64,000 bases of DNA from Armatimonadetes bacterium DC (GTDB lineage Bacteria > Armatimonadota > Fimbriimonadia > Fimbriimonadales > GBS-DC), in the NCBI GenBank assembly GCA_001442985.1, contig LDYB01000015.1, positions 1,266 through 65,265 of the forward strand, read 5' to 3'. The notes beneath the pieces were generated by a model. That model was given only the letters and a program-made list of their open reading frames with translations, did not search any database and was not told where the DNA came from. Both the position numbers and the translations under genes were made by a program. This document shows positions 56,706 to 64,000 of this stretch, piece after piece. Each line of letters opens with the position of its first letter. The stretch's first letter is position 1.

Positions 56706-56792
56706 AGCGTTTGCCTCCGATACGGTATAGTAATTCGGCAGGGCGCAGGTCTTTCCTGCTGTTTCGGAGCGCCCTTCCCTTAATTATAGACG

Positions 56793-56927
56793 ATGAGAAC
56801 GCGAAAAGGTGCCCTCTACTGGGGCGTGCGGATTCTGTTCTGGATTCTGGCGCTGGTCGGGCTGATTTATGGGTTCTGGTATCTCCCGACGCGCCCGGAA
56901 TCGGTCTCTATCGAGTTTGTGCCATGA
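56793..56927 (+). CDS. 44-aa single-TM membrane protein (not in ORF track)
   Basis: MRTRKGALYWGVRILFWILALVGLIYGFWYLPTRPESVSIEFVP*; stop overlaps the next ATG (ATGA at 56924-56927). Confidence 0.65.
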   Translation: MRTRKGALYWGVRILFWILALVGLIYGFWYLPTRPESVSIEFVP

Positions 56928-57967
56928 AAGTCGGATTGCTCGGTTTTCCACAAAGTGGCTGTACCACTCTGTTTGAGGCGCTTTCGGGTGGTCAGGCGCG
57001 TGAGGGTGTCGCCAGCGTGCCGATTCCCGACCCCCGTCTGGACGCGCTGGCGCGGCTGGCAGGGGCGAAAAAAGTTGTGCCCGCCGCGCTGGAATGGCAC
57101 GATGACCTGCCCCCGTGGTACCCCGACAAGCCCGAAACGGTGCGCCAGACGCTCAGCGTCGCCCGCCAGATGGACGCCCTCGTGCTGGTGCTACGCGCCT
57201 TTGAGAGCCCCTACGCGCCTTACCACGCGCCCGTAGACCCCATACGCGACCTGCGGTTCTGGCTTGATGAATTTGCTCTGAGCGACCTGCAGGTGATTGA
57301 AAACCGTCTGGAGCGCCTGAAGAAACTGTTTCAGTCGCACAAGGAGAGCGCACTGGATAAGGCTGAAGCGGTGGTCCTGGAGCGCATGGCAGCCCAGCTC
57401 CACGAAAGGGGCACGCTTGAGGGTGTGGAAATCCCCAGAGAGCTGGAAGGGCGCATGCGGGGCTACGGGCTGCTGACACGCAAACCGCGGGTGATTGTGC
57501 TGAACCTCAACGAGAGCGCGCTGGGCAACGAGGCGGCTCTGCTCGAACCGCTTCAGAAACTCACCGACCTGCCAATCGCGCCCCTCTCCGCGACCTTTGA
57601 GCGCGACCTGATCCCACTTCCAGAAAACGAACGCGCCGAGTTTCTGCAGATGGTGGGACTGGACGCACCCCGCCTGCCCACGCTGGTACAGACCGTCTAT
57701 CAACAGCTTCATGTGCAGGTGTTCTATACGGTGGGCGCCGACACGCGGGCATGGCTTTTGCCGGTCGGCGGCACGGCGCTGGACGCGGCGGGCGTGATTC
57801 ACTCGGACATTGCGCGGGGCTTTATCCGCGCCGAAGTGTGCCACGCCGATGAAGTGATTGCCGCCGGCGGCTGGCAAAATGCCCACAAAGCCCACAAAGT
57901 GCGCATGGAAGGCAAAGATTACTGTATGCGCGACGGGGATGTGATCCATGTGCGGTTTAACATCTGA
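56924..57967 (+). CDS. YchF/Ola1-like P-loop protein with degenerate Walker A
   Basis: GFPQSGCTTLFEAL, VPIPDPRLD.L, DLQVIENRLERL, LLTRKP, FYTVG, AAGVIHSDIARGFIRAEV, EGKDY.MRDGDV. Confidence 0.85.
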   Translation: MKVGLLGFPQSGCTTLFEALSGGQAREGVASVPIPDPRLDALARLAGAKKVVPAALEWHDDLPPWYPDKPETVRQTLSVARQMDALVLVLRAFESPYAPYHAPVDPIRDLRFWLDEFALSDLQVIENRLERLKKLFQSHKESALDKAEAVVLERMAAQLHERGTLEGVEIPRELEGRMRGYGLLTRKPRVIVLNLNESALGNEAALLEPLQKLTDLPIAPLSATFERDLIPLPENERAEFLQMVGLDAPRLPTLVQTVYQQLHVQVFYTVGADTRAWLLPVGGTALDAAGVIHSDIARGFIRAEVCHADEVIAAGGWQNAHKAHKVRMEGKDYCMRDGDVIHVRFNI

Positions 57968-58032
57968 GAGGCTGTCTCGGAAAGCGAGCAAGCAACAGAA
58001 TTGCACCGCGTTGACGCCAGACGGCTGAGGTT

Positions 58033-58294
58033 CCGTTCCCATAAGACGAAGCCGACCAGCGTCGGCTCAGCCCCCCAACCCCCCGTAAACAGGGGGCTAT
58101 AGCCAGCGGAGGCTGGCTTTGTTTCCTAGGAACGGCTTTAGCTGCTCTGTTGCAAGGATAGGAGCGTAAGCCTTCCCAGACCCCCTCCGTGAGGTTCCCC
58201 CTGCTTCGCAAGGGGAACCGAACCCTGCCTCGTGCTGACCGAGACAGGCACACGGAAGCCCTCGCCCCGGTTCCCCTCGCTTGCGGGGGGAACC
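58033..58294. repeat. Composite intergenic palindrome cluster (BIME/REPIN-like)
   Basis: 58033-58135 repeats the inverted doublet at 12809-12932; two further hairpins ggttcccc..ggggaacc at 58193-58219 and 58269-58294. Confidence 0.75.
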
Positions 58295-58430
58295 TGAAGG
58301 AGGGGGGCATCGTGGGTTCCAGAAAGTATCTTTGCCACAGAGCAGGTTCACCCGTCTGGATTCAAACACGGAATTGAATCAGCAAGTGGGGTATAATGGA
58401 AAAGGCGAGCAACTCGCCGAAAGGAGGCTG

Positions 58431-60275
58431 ATGGTTATGCGATACAAGGCATTACTGGCTTTTACGGCGGCATGTGCCCTCTTTGCAGGCGCGCAGGCAC
58501 AAACATGGTACGAACAAGGAGACGCAGGCGATCTGCCTGAAACCGCCCAGTCAACGGGAAGCGGTGCCCTCAGCGATATTCAAGGCACCCTCGACACGAA
58601 CGATGTGGATATGTACGCCATCTACATCACCGACCCCGCGAGCTTCAGCGCCAGCACGGTTGGCGGCGCGACATGGGACACGCAACTCTTCCTGTTCGAT
58701 GCCGACGGCAGGGGCATCGTTGCCGAAGACGACACAGGTGGGCTACAATCCACCATCAACAACGCGAACAATTGTATTCCTGGTCCCGGAGTTTACTACC
58801 TCGCGATTACGCGCTATAACAAAGACCCGCTGGGATGCAACGACGGTGGGCTGTGGTCGAGCAACGATAACAACTGCCCCAACGGACCTGAAAGCACTTC
58901 ACGGGTCGCGAGCTGGACGACCAGCACCACTGCAGCGGGTACTTATACTATCTTTCTGACGGGCGTGGCAGGCGCAAACGCAGGCGATCCTGCGGATTGC
59001 CCCGCCTTTGAGGGTTGGGATGAAACCGCAAACGGCGGTGGCGACGCGGGCGACCTGCCCGAAACGGCGCAAAGCACCAGCAACCTCGTTGCCAACGGCA
59101 TTCGCGGCGCGATTGACTCGGCTAACGATGTGGATGTGTACGCGATTTACATCAGCGACCCCGCGAACTTCAGCGCCACCACGGTGGGCGGTACCTCGCT
59201 GGACACCGCGCTCTGGCTCTTTGACGCCAACGGCAAAGGCGTGGTCTTCAACGAAGACGACCCCGACGCCACGACAGGCTTCCAGTCGCGCATCGACAAC
59301 CGCGCGTTCTGCATCACGCAGCCGGGAGTTTACTATCTGGCAATTAGCCTGTTCGGGCGACGCGCCGCAGGGTGCGACGGGGGATTAATCTGGCAGGCGA
59401 GTCCTTATCGCTCGGTACGCTGTCCCGACGGACCGGAGTCAACCTCGCGCGTTGCAGGTTGGAGCGGCAGCACTTCTGCAACAGGCAGATACCGCATCTT
59501 CCTCACAGGTGTGAGCGGCGCCTCTGCAGGCGACCCTGCCGATTGTCCGCCGCCTGCTCCCTGGGATGAAAGCTATCACGGCGGCGGCGATGCGGGCGAC
59601 CTGCCCGGCACAGCCCAGATCGTCACTCTGCCCGACCAAACGCCATGCCAGTCGCCCGTGAACCGCATTCGCGGCGATCTGGAAGCCGACGGCGTGGATA
59701 TGTATGTCATCTGCATCACCGACCCTGCCAGCTTTGTCGCCAGCACGGTGGGCAGCGCAGGGTTTGACACCCAGCTCTGGCTGTTCAACTGCGACGGCAC
59801 AGGCGTGGCGTTCAACGATGACTCCACAGGAACCCAGTCCACGCTTGATAACTCCTCTGGGTGCATTACGCAGTCGGGCACTTATCTGCTGGCAATCAGT
59901 CGCTACAACCGCGACGCGGTGGATGCAAACGGTAGCCTGATCTGGAACAACTCGCCATTCACAGGCGTCCGCTGTCCCGATGGTCCGGGCGCGACGAACC
60001 CGATTGCGGGCTGGACAGGCACAACAAGTGCAGGCGGAACCTACCAGATCCAACTGCAGGGCGCCTACTTCGTGAGCGCGCAGGGCTGCGAAGGAGGCGG
60101 CGGCTGCGAAGGCGATGTGAACAACGACGGGCGCGTCGATGACGCCGACCTGCTGGAAGTGCTGTTCAACTTCGGCTGCTTCGGCTTCTGCGGTCCGTCG
60201 GATGTGAACGAGGACGGGATTGTGGACGACGCCGACCTGTTGATTGTGCTGTTCAACTTCGGCTGCGGCGCGTAA
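58431..60275 (+). CDS. Secreted protein with three tandem DVUA0089/PPC-like domains and dockerin-like tail
   Basis: AAGGAGG before ATG 58431; three repeats of W.E...GDAGDLP.TAQ...D.Y.I.I.DP..F.A.TVG...DTQL.LF; tail GDVNNDGRVDDADLLEVLFNFG..DVNEDGIVDDADLLIVLFNFG. Confidence 0.9.
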   Translation: MVMRYKALLAFTAACALFAGAQAQTWYEQGDAGDLPETAQSTGSGALSDIQGTLDTNDVDMYAIYITDPASFSASTVGGATWDTQLFLFDADGRGIVAEDDTGGLQSTINNANNCIPGPGVYYLAITRYNKDPLGCNDGGLWSSNDNNCPNGPESTSRVASWTTSTTAAGTYTIFLTGVAGANAGDPADCPAFEGWDETANGGGDAGDLPETAQSTSNLVANGIRGAIDSANDVDVYAIYISDPANFSATTVGGTSLDTALWLFDANGKGVVFNEDDPDATTGFQSRIDNRAFCITQPGVYYLAISLFGRRAAGCDGGLIWQASPYRSVRCPDGPESTSRVAGWSGSTSATGRYRIFLTGVSGASAGDPADCPPPAPWDESYHGGGDAGDLPGTAQIVTLPDQTPCQSPVNRIRGDLEADGVDMYVICITDPASFVASTVGSAGFDTQLWLFNCDGTGVAFNDDSTGTQSTLDNSSGCITQSGTYLLAISRYNRDAVDANGSLIWNNSPFTGVRCPDGPGATNPIAGWTGTTSAGGTYQIQLQGAYFVSAQGCEGGGGCEGDVNNDGRVDDADLLEVLFNFGCFGFCGPSDVNEDGIVDDADLLIVLFNFGCGA

Positions 60276-60295
60276 GCCCGAAGCCTTTCTCTACC

Positions 60296-60326
60296 CGCAG
60301 AACCCCCCAGCTTGGGGGGTTCTGCG
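60296..60326 (+). terminator. Rho-independent terminator
   Basis: cgcagaacccccca-gct-tggggggttctgcg then TTT, 20 nt after the stop. Confidence 0.7.
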
Positions 60327-60362
60327 TTTCGAGGGTATCCTGAGATTCGGGAGGAATCAAAA

Positions 60363-60671
60363 ATGCGCCTTTACTATATCACCTTCTCCAAACCCGAAGA
60401 GGCGGAAGCGGTCGGACGCGCCCTGCTGGAGCAACGCCTCGCGGTGTGTGTGAACTGGTTCCCCATCACCTGCGCCTACCTGTGGAAGGGCGAAATTGTG
60501 CAGGAGCCTGAAACCGTGCTGATTGTCAAAACACGCGAGGGGATGTTTGACGCGATCGAGCAGGTCGTGAAGAGCCATATCGACTACGAAAACTTTATCG
60601 GCGAGTGGGAACCGACTCAGGTGAACCCCGGCTTCCTGAACTGGCTCCATCGGGAGATTCCCGCGACATAA
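60363..60671 (+). CDS. cutA: Divalent-cation tolerance protein CutA
   Basis: EAEAVGRALLEQRLAVCVN, YLWKGEIVQEPE.VLIVKT. Confidence 0.88.
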   Translation: MRLYYITFSKPEEAEAVGRALLEQRLAVCVNWFPITCAYLWKGEIVQEPETVLIVKTREGMFDAIEQVVKSHIDYENFIGEWEPTQVNPGFLNWLHREIPAT

Positions 60672-60698
60672 AAAAGCCCCCTGTGGAAGGGGGCTTTT
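60672..60698. terminator. Bidirectional terminator between convergent genes
   Basis: aaaagccccc-tgtggaa-gggggctttt. Confidence 0.8.
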
Positions 60699-60719
60699 GG
60701 CGGATGGTTCCGCTAAGCT

Positions 60720-61391
60720 TCACTTGCGGCGTCGGCGGAGCGCCAGCCCAGCCAGCCCGACACCCAGTGCGAGCATGCTGGCAGGTTCCGGCACCCAGTC
60801 CTGCTCCACCAGCAGCAGCGCCGCAGTGGTCTGCCCATAGCCGGGGTCGCCGTTGGTAGTCAGCGTGAAGTTTTCCGTGACGAACACGCTGTTGTAACTG
60901 CCACCCAGCGGGACAAAGATGTTCACGGTGTGCGCGCCGTCGGAGCCACCAATCGCGCTACCCTTGAAGCTGCCGCTGCCACTCCAGAGGACATTGCCCG
61001 CCGCGTCGCGCACAGTCTTCTGCCAGTCTATCTGCCCTCTGCCCCACACAAAGGCAGAGACAATAAAGGTAAATCCGTTCACCGATTTCCCCGAGATGTC
61101 ATACGCTGCATCGAAAGTGGCACCAATATGCCCAGAACCATCGCCAACAATCACGGGCGGAGTGCTGGCGTTGGTCAGGAAGGTAATCTGGGGAAATGTG
61201 TTGACGGTGACCGACACAATCGGCGGGAAGTAATAGGTCGTGTTGATGGTCACGGGCACCTGAAATGCAGTTCCCGGGTTGACGAATCCATCACTCTGGG
61301 TGATGTTTACATTCCAGCCTGAAGCCATCACAGCTGTGATCAAGCAGACGCTTGCGAGCGTCATTCCAAAGATTCTATAGCGCATCATCAT
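60720..61391 (-). CDS. PEP-CTERM sorting-domain protein
   Basis: Signal peptide; C-terminal VPEPASMLALGVGLAGLALRRRRK. Confidence 0.93.
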   Translation of the reverse strand: MMMRYRIFGMTLASVCLITAVMASGWNVNITQSDGFVNPGTAFQVPVTINTTYYFPPIVSVTVNTFPQITFLTNASTPPVIVGDGSGHIGATFDAAYDISGKSVNGFTFIVSAFVWGRGQIDWQKTVRDAAGNVLWSGSGSFKGSAIGGSDGAHTVNIFVPLGGSYNSVFVTENFTLTTNGDPGYGQTTAALLLVEQDWVPEPASMLALGVGLAGLALRRRRK

Positions 61392-61456
61392 CTCACTCCT
61401 TTCGGGTTGTTTTGGCGGGTCTCTTACCCACCACTTTATTATACCCCATTTTTGCG

Positions 61457-62635
61457 CTAATTCCTGCCCTTACGGAGCCACAGGCACTTTAAATAGAGGC
61501 TTTCAGGGAACTGAAGCAGAAACGGATGGTCGGGCGCTTGAAACGAGACATCTTCCAGAAACAGGGGACAGCCCCTGTCCGTCGCCGCGAGCCGTACCAC
61601 TTCTATCATATCGCTGAGGTCCAGCTGATAGGCGCAGGAGCAGACCAGCAGGCATCCATTTTCCGCAAGCAGAGGGAGCGCGTGATAGACCAGTTTCCAG
61701 ATTGCCCAGCGCAGGGAGTCTTTCTGACCGCGTTTTTTGGCGATGGCGGGGGGGTCCAGGATAATCCAGTCGTAGGGCGCTTCGTGAGCGGCGGCATGAG
61801 CGAGCCATTCAAAGGCGTTGGCGACCTCCCATTCGGCAGGGAGTTCGTTGCGTTCGGCGTGGTGGCGCGCCAGTTCAATCGCTTCGGGCAGAATATCCAC
61901 CCCCTTGACGCGGGCGCCTGCCCTGCTGGCATAGAGCGCGAATGCCCCCGTATAGCAGAAGAGATCCAGCACGCGCATGCCCGGCTGAATCTGGCGTGCC
62001 AGCTGGCGTCGGTTCTCGCGCTGATCCAGATAAAACCCCGTTTTCAGTCCTGTGCGCGTGGGCACGAGGAACTCCAGCCCGCTCTCGTGGATGAGAATCT
62101 GCTCCGGCACCTCCCCTGCCAGCACGGCAATAAAGGGCGTCAGCCCCTCTTCACGGCGCGATTCCATTTCACTGCGCTCCAGAATCCCCCTGGGGGCGCA
62201 CACCGCCTGCAACGCCTCCAGCCATATCGGTTTGAGGCGCTCCATGCCCGCAGTGCGCACCTGCACCACCAGATAATCGGCGAACCGGTCTACAATAAGC
62301 CCTGGCACACCGTCCGCCTCGCTGAAGAGCAGCCGGTAGGCATTCGTCTCGTTCACCACCGTTTGCCGAAGGCGGAGCGCCTGCTCAAGACGCCGAACGA
62401 AGAAGGCAGTGTCGATAGGTTCCTCGATGGTGGTGAGAATCCGCACAGGGAACCGGCTCAGAGGGTTGTAGGAGCCAATCCCGAGCCAGCGGTTCTGCGC
62501 ATCATAAACCGCCACCAGGGTCCCCACTTCGGGGGCGCCTTCCACAGCGAGAATCTCGCCCTTCTGCACCCACGGGTATCCATGCTGGATTTTTTTCTCG
62601 CGCCCCGCTTTGAGCCGCACTTTCGCCTGAATCAC
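61457..62635 (-). CDS. rlmI: RlmI-family rRNA methyltransferase (PUA + class I SAM domain)
   Basis: GYPWV, RLLFSEADGVPGLIVDRF, KTGFYLDQRENR, VLDLFCYTGAF, ILDPPA; likely GTG start at 62635 (the 675-aa track ORF is over-extended). Confidence 0.9.
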   Translation of the reverse strand: MIQAKVRLKAGREKKIQHGYPWVQKGEILAVEGAPEVGTLVAVYDAQNRWLGIGSYNPLSRFPVRILTTIEEPIDTAFFVRRLEQALRLRQTVVNETNAYRLLFSEADGVPGLIVDRFADYLVVQVRTAGMERLKPIWLEALQAVCAPRGILERSEMESRREEGLTPFIAVLAGEVPEQILIHESGLEFLVPTRTGLKTGFYLDQRENRRQLARQIQPGMRVLDLFCYTGAFALYASRAGARVKGVDILPEAIELARHHAERNELPAEWEVANAFEWLAHAAAHEAPYDWIILDPPAIAKKRGQKDSLRWAIWKLVYHALPLLAENGCLLVCSCAYQLDLSDMIEVVRLAATDRGCPLFLEDVSFQAPDHPFLLQFPESLYLKCLWLRKGRN

Positions 62636-62713
62636 GGCAGGAAGGATACCCGAAGTGTGGTATACTTTATTACGCCTCTCGTGAAGGGTGCAGGTGTGGA
62701 GGCGCGTCCGATT

Positions 62714-63445
62714 ATGTCCAAGCAACTGGAGACGAAGCGGTCCTCTCGGAAGGCGAAATCGCCCTTTGAGAAGCTGCGCATAGGGGGTTCCAGCGCATAT
62801 CGCCTCTATGCACTGATGGCGTTCTACGCGCGCGAGCGTAAGCCCCTTTTTGATGAGAAAGTAAGCCAGGTCTTCTGTGAAGTCATCCCCGAAGTGTGTA
62901 AAACCTACAACTACGAACTGATTGCCTTTCGGTTGACAAAGGAGCAGGTGCATCTGCTCATCGGTTTCAAGCCCGTGGACGCGCTGGCGGATGTGGTCAG
63001 CAACATTAAGCGCAGCACCTCGCATCGCATCTTCGAGGCGGTGCCCGAACTGGAGGCGCGAATCGGGCGACGCAACTTCTGGGCAGAGGGTTATCTTGTG
63101 GAAACGATGGGCTACGAGCAGATAGAGCCGTTCCTGCGCCAGTGGGAGCGACGCTATAAAAACGACTCGTCCCTCGTGCGGATTCTGTACGATATAGAGA
63201 TCCCCATTTCCCCCAAAGCGTGGGCGCGGGCGATGGAAATTCTGCTCCCCGTGGAGCGCATGGTGGTCAAAATGCTCTACGGGCTGGAAGGCGAGACCCC
63301 CAAGAAGCCGGAGGAAGTCGCCGAGATTCTCTCGCTCAAGCCGGAAGATGTCGAGCAGATACGCAAGGACACTGTAGAGCGTGTGCGCGCATTTCTGCGT
63401 CAGCAGCGCCACGAGCGCACGCAAGGAGGGAAGGCGCATGGCTGA
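62714..63445 (+). CDS. Fusion of an apparently inactive IS200/IS605 TnpA (Y1 HUH) domain and a sigma-70 region-4-like HTH
   Basis: GGAGG before ATG 62714 and TGnTATACT at 62658-62666; EQVHLLI (HUH), KRSTSHRI, FWAEGYLVETMG; C-terminal LLPVERMVVKMLYGLEGETPKKPEEVAEILSL; 243 aa. Confidence 0.85.
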   Translation: MSKQLETKRSSRKAKSPFEKLRIGGSSAYRLYALMAFYARERKPLFDEKVSQVFCEVIPEVCKTYNYELIAFRLTKEQVHLLIGFKPVDALADVVSNIKRSTSHRIFEAVPELEARIGRRNFWAEGYLVETMGYEQIEPFLRQWERRYKNDSSLVRILYDIEIPISPKAWARAMEILLPVERMVVKMLYGLEGETPKKPEEVAEILSLKPEDVEQIRKDTVERVRAFLRQQRHERTQGGKAHG

Positions 63446-63782
63446 GTGCCTGTTCTGCAAATTCGTGCAGCGGGAAATTCCCACACAGGTGGTTTACGAG
63501 GACGAACATGCGTTCGCGTTTCGCGATATTAACCCTCAGGCGCCCGTGCATATTCTGGTCATTCCGCGCGTTCATGTGGCGAATCTCGCGGAAGCCACGC
63601 CCGAACAGAGCGCCCTGCTGGGGCACCTGCTCTGGGTCTGTGCCGAAATTGCCCGCAAAGAGGGGATTGAATCCAGCGGTTACCGTGTGGTGCTGAACAC
63701 CAATCGCGACGCAGGGCAGTCGGTGTATCATTTACACTTTCATCTTTTAGGTGGTCGGCATCTTACCTGGCCGCCCGGGTAG
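63438..63782 (+). CDS. hinT: HIT-family nucleotide-binding protein
   Basis: CLFCK, AFRDINPQAPVHILVIP, GQSVYHLHFHLLGGR; start overlaps the upstream gene by 8 nt. Confidence 0.95.
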   Translation: MAECLFCKFVQREIPTQVVYEDEHAFAFRDINPQAPVHILVIPRVHVANLAEATPEQSALLGHLLWVCAEIARKEGIESSGYRVVLNTNRDAGQSVYHLHFHLLGGRHLTWPPG

Positions 63783-63788
63783 GTCGCA

Positions 63789-64000
63789 ATGCGTGGCGAG
63801 TTGGAGCGCAGTCTTGCCCACACTTACGGGCGTCTCACGCTCGTGAGCGCGGTGCTGATGGCGGTGGGTTGGGTGTGGCATCTGATGCGTGGCGACGCCA
63901 CCAACTGGCTCCTGAACGCAGGGATTGGCGTTTTGCTCCTGACCCCTGTGCTGGCGCTGTTGCATCTGGCATGGCTGGTTCGCGAGCAGGATCGGCTGTC
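63789..64000 (+). CDS. Membrane protein (DUF1634-like), truncated by the window edge
   Basis: MRGELERSLAHTYGRLTLVSAVLMAVG..GIGVLLLTPVLAL; open to the right edge. Confidence 0.6.
   Translation, partial: MRGELERSLAHTYGRLTLVSAVLMAVGWVWHLMRGDATNWLLNAGIGVLLLTPVLALLHLAWLVREQDRL

Noticed and set aside
61526-63445. 639-aa plus-strand ORF as one protein
   Set aside because: The first 396 codons are the antisense of rlmI; RBS, promoter and recognisable domains begin at ATG 62714.
62714-63445. Active IS200/IS605 insertion sequence
   Set aside because: No tnpB, no subterminal hairpins seen, catalytic residues altered, and the gene is translationally coupled to hinT.
62636-63484. N-terminal 283 aa of the 675-aa minus-strand ORF as an RlmI extension
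   Set aside because: It is the antisense of the TnpA-sigma4 gene; RlmI homology starts near 62635.

Overview
GC-rich bacterial chromosomal window, mostly housekeeping genes (purB, sufCB, livKHMGF, dnaK-dnaJ-hspR, dnaG-sigma, trmB, radC, rlmI, tRNA-Leu/tRNA-Met). The gene set (PEP-CTERM protein, dockerin-like tails, prepilin-type proteins, CcmC) suggests a diderm, possibly Armatimonadota; this is inference, not a search result. No CRISPR array, rRNA, integrase or prophage module was seen. Main observations: (1) an IS200/IS605-type TnpA (Y1 HUH) domain with apparently dead catalytic residues fused to a sigma-70 region-4-like HTH, embedded in an operon with a HIT gene and lacking IS ends or TnpB; (2) a 35-aa, 9-Cys metallothionein-like ORF missing from the ORF track, coupled to an ArsR/SmtB repressor with a palindromic operator; (3) five unrelated secreted proteins ending in a nearly identical dockerin-like double EF-hand tail; (4) a 407-aa LAGLIDADG intein in SufB; (5) an 847-bp tandem duplication of prepilin-like genes with near-identical 5' halves and variable 3' halves; (6) a 63-bp copy of the tRNA-Met 3' end 5.6 kb downstream; (7) dispersed REP/MITE-like palindromic elements; (8) several housekeeping-family proteins with altered catalytic motifs (YchF, TrmB, RpoD-like sigma). 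Family assignments come from motif recognition by eye; many start codons were re-chosen from RBS evidence and differ from the ORF track.
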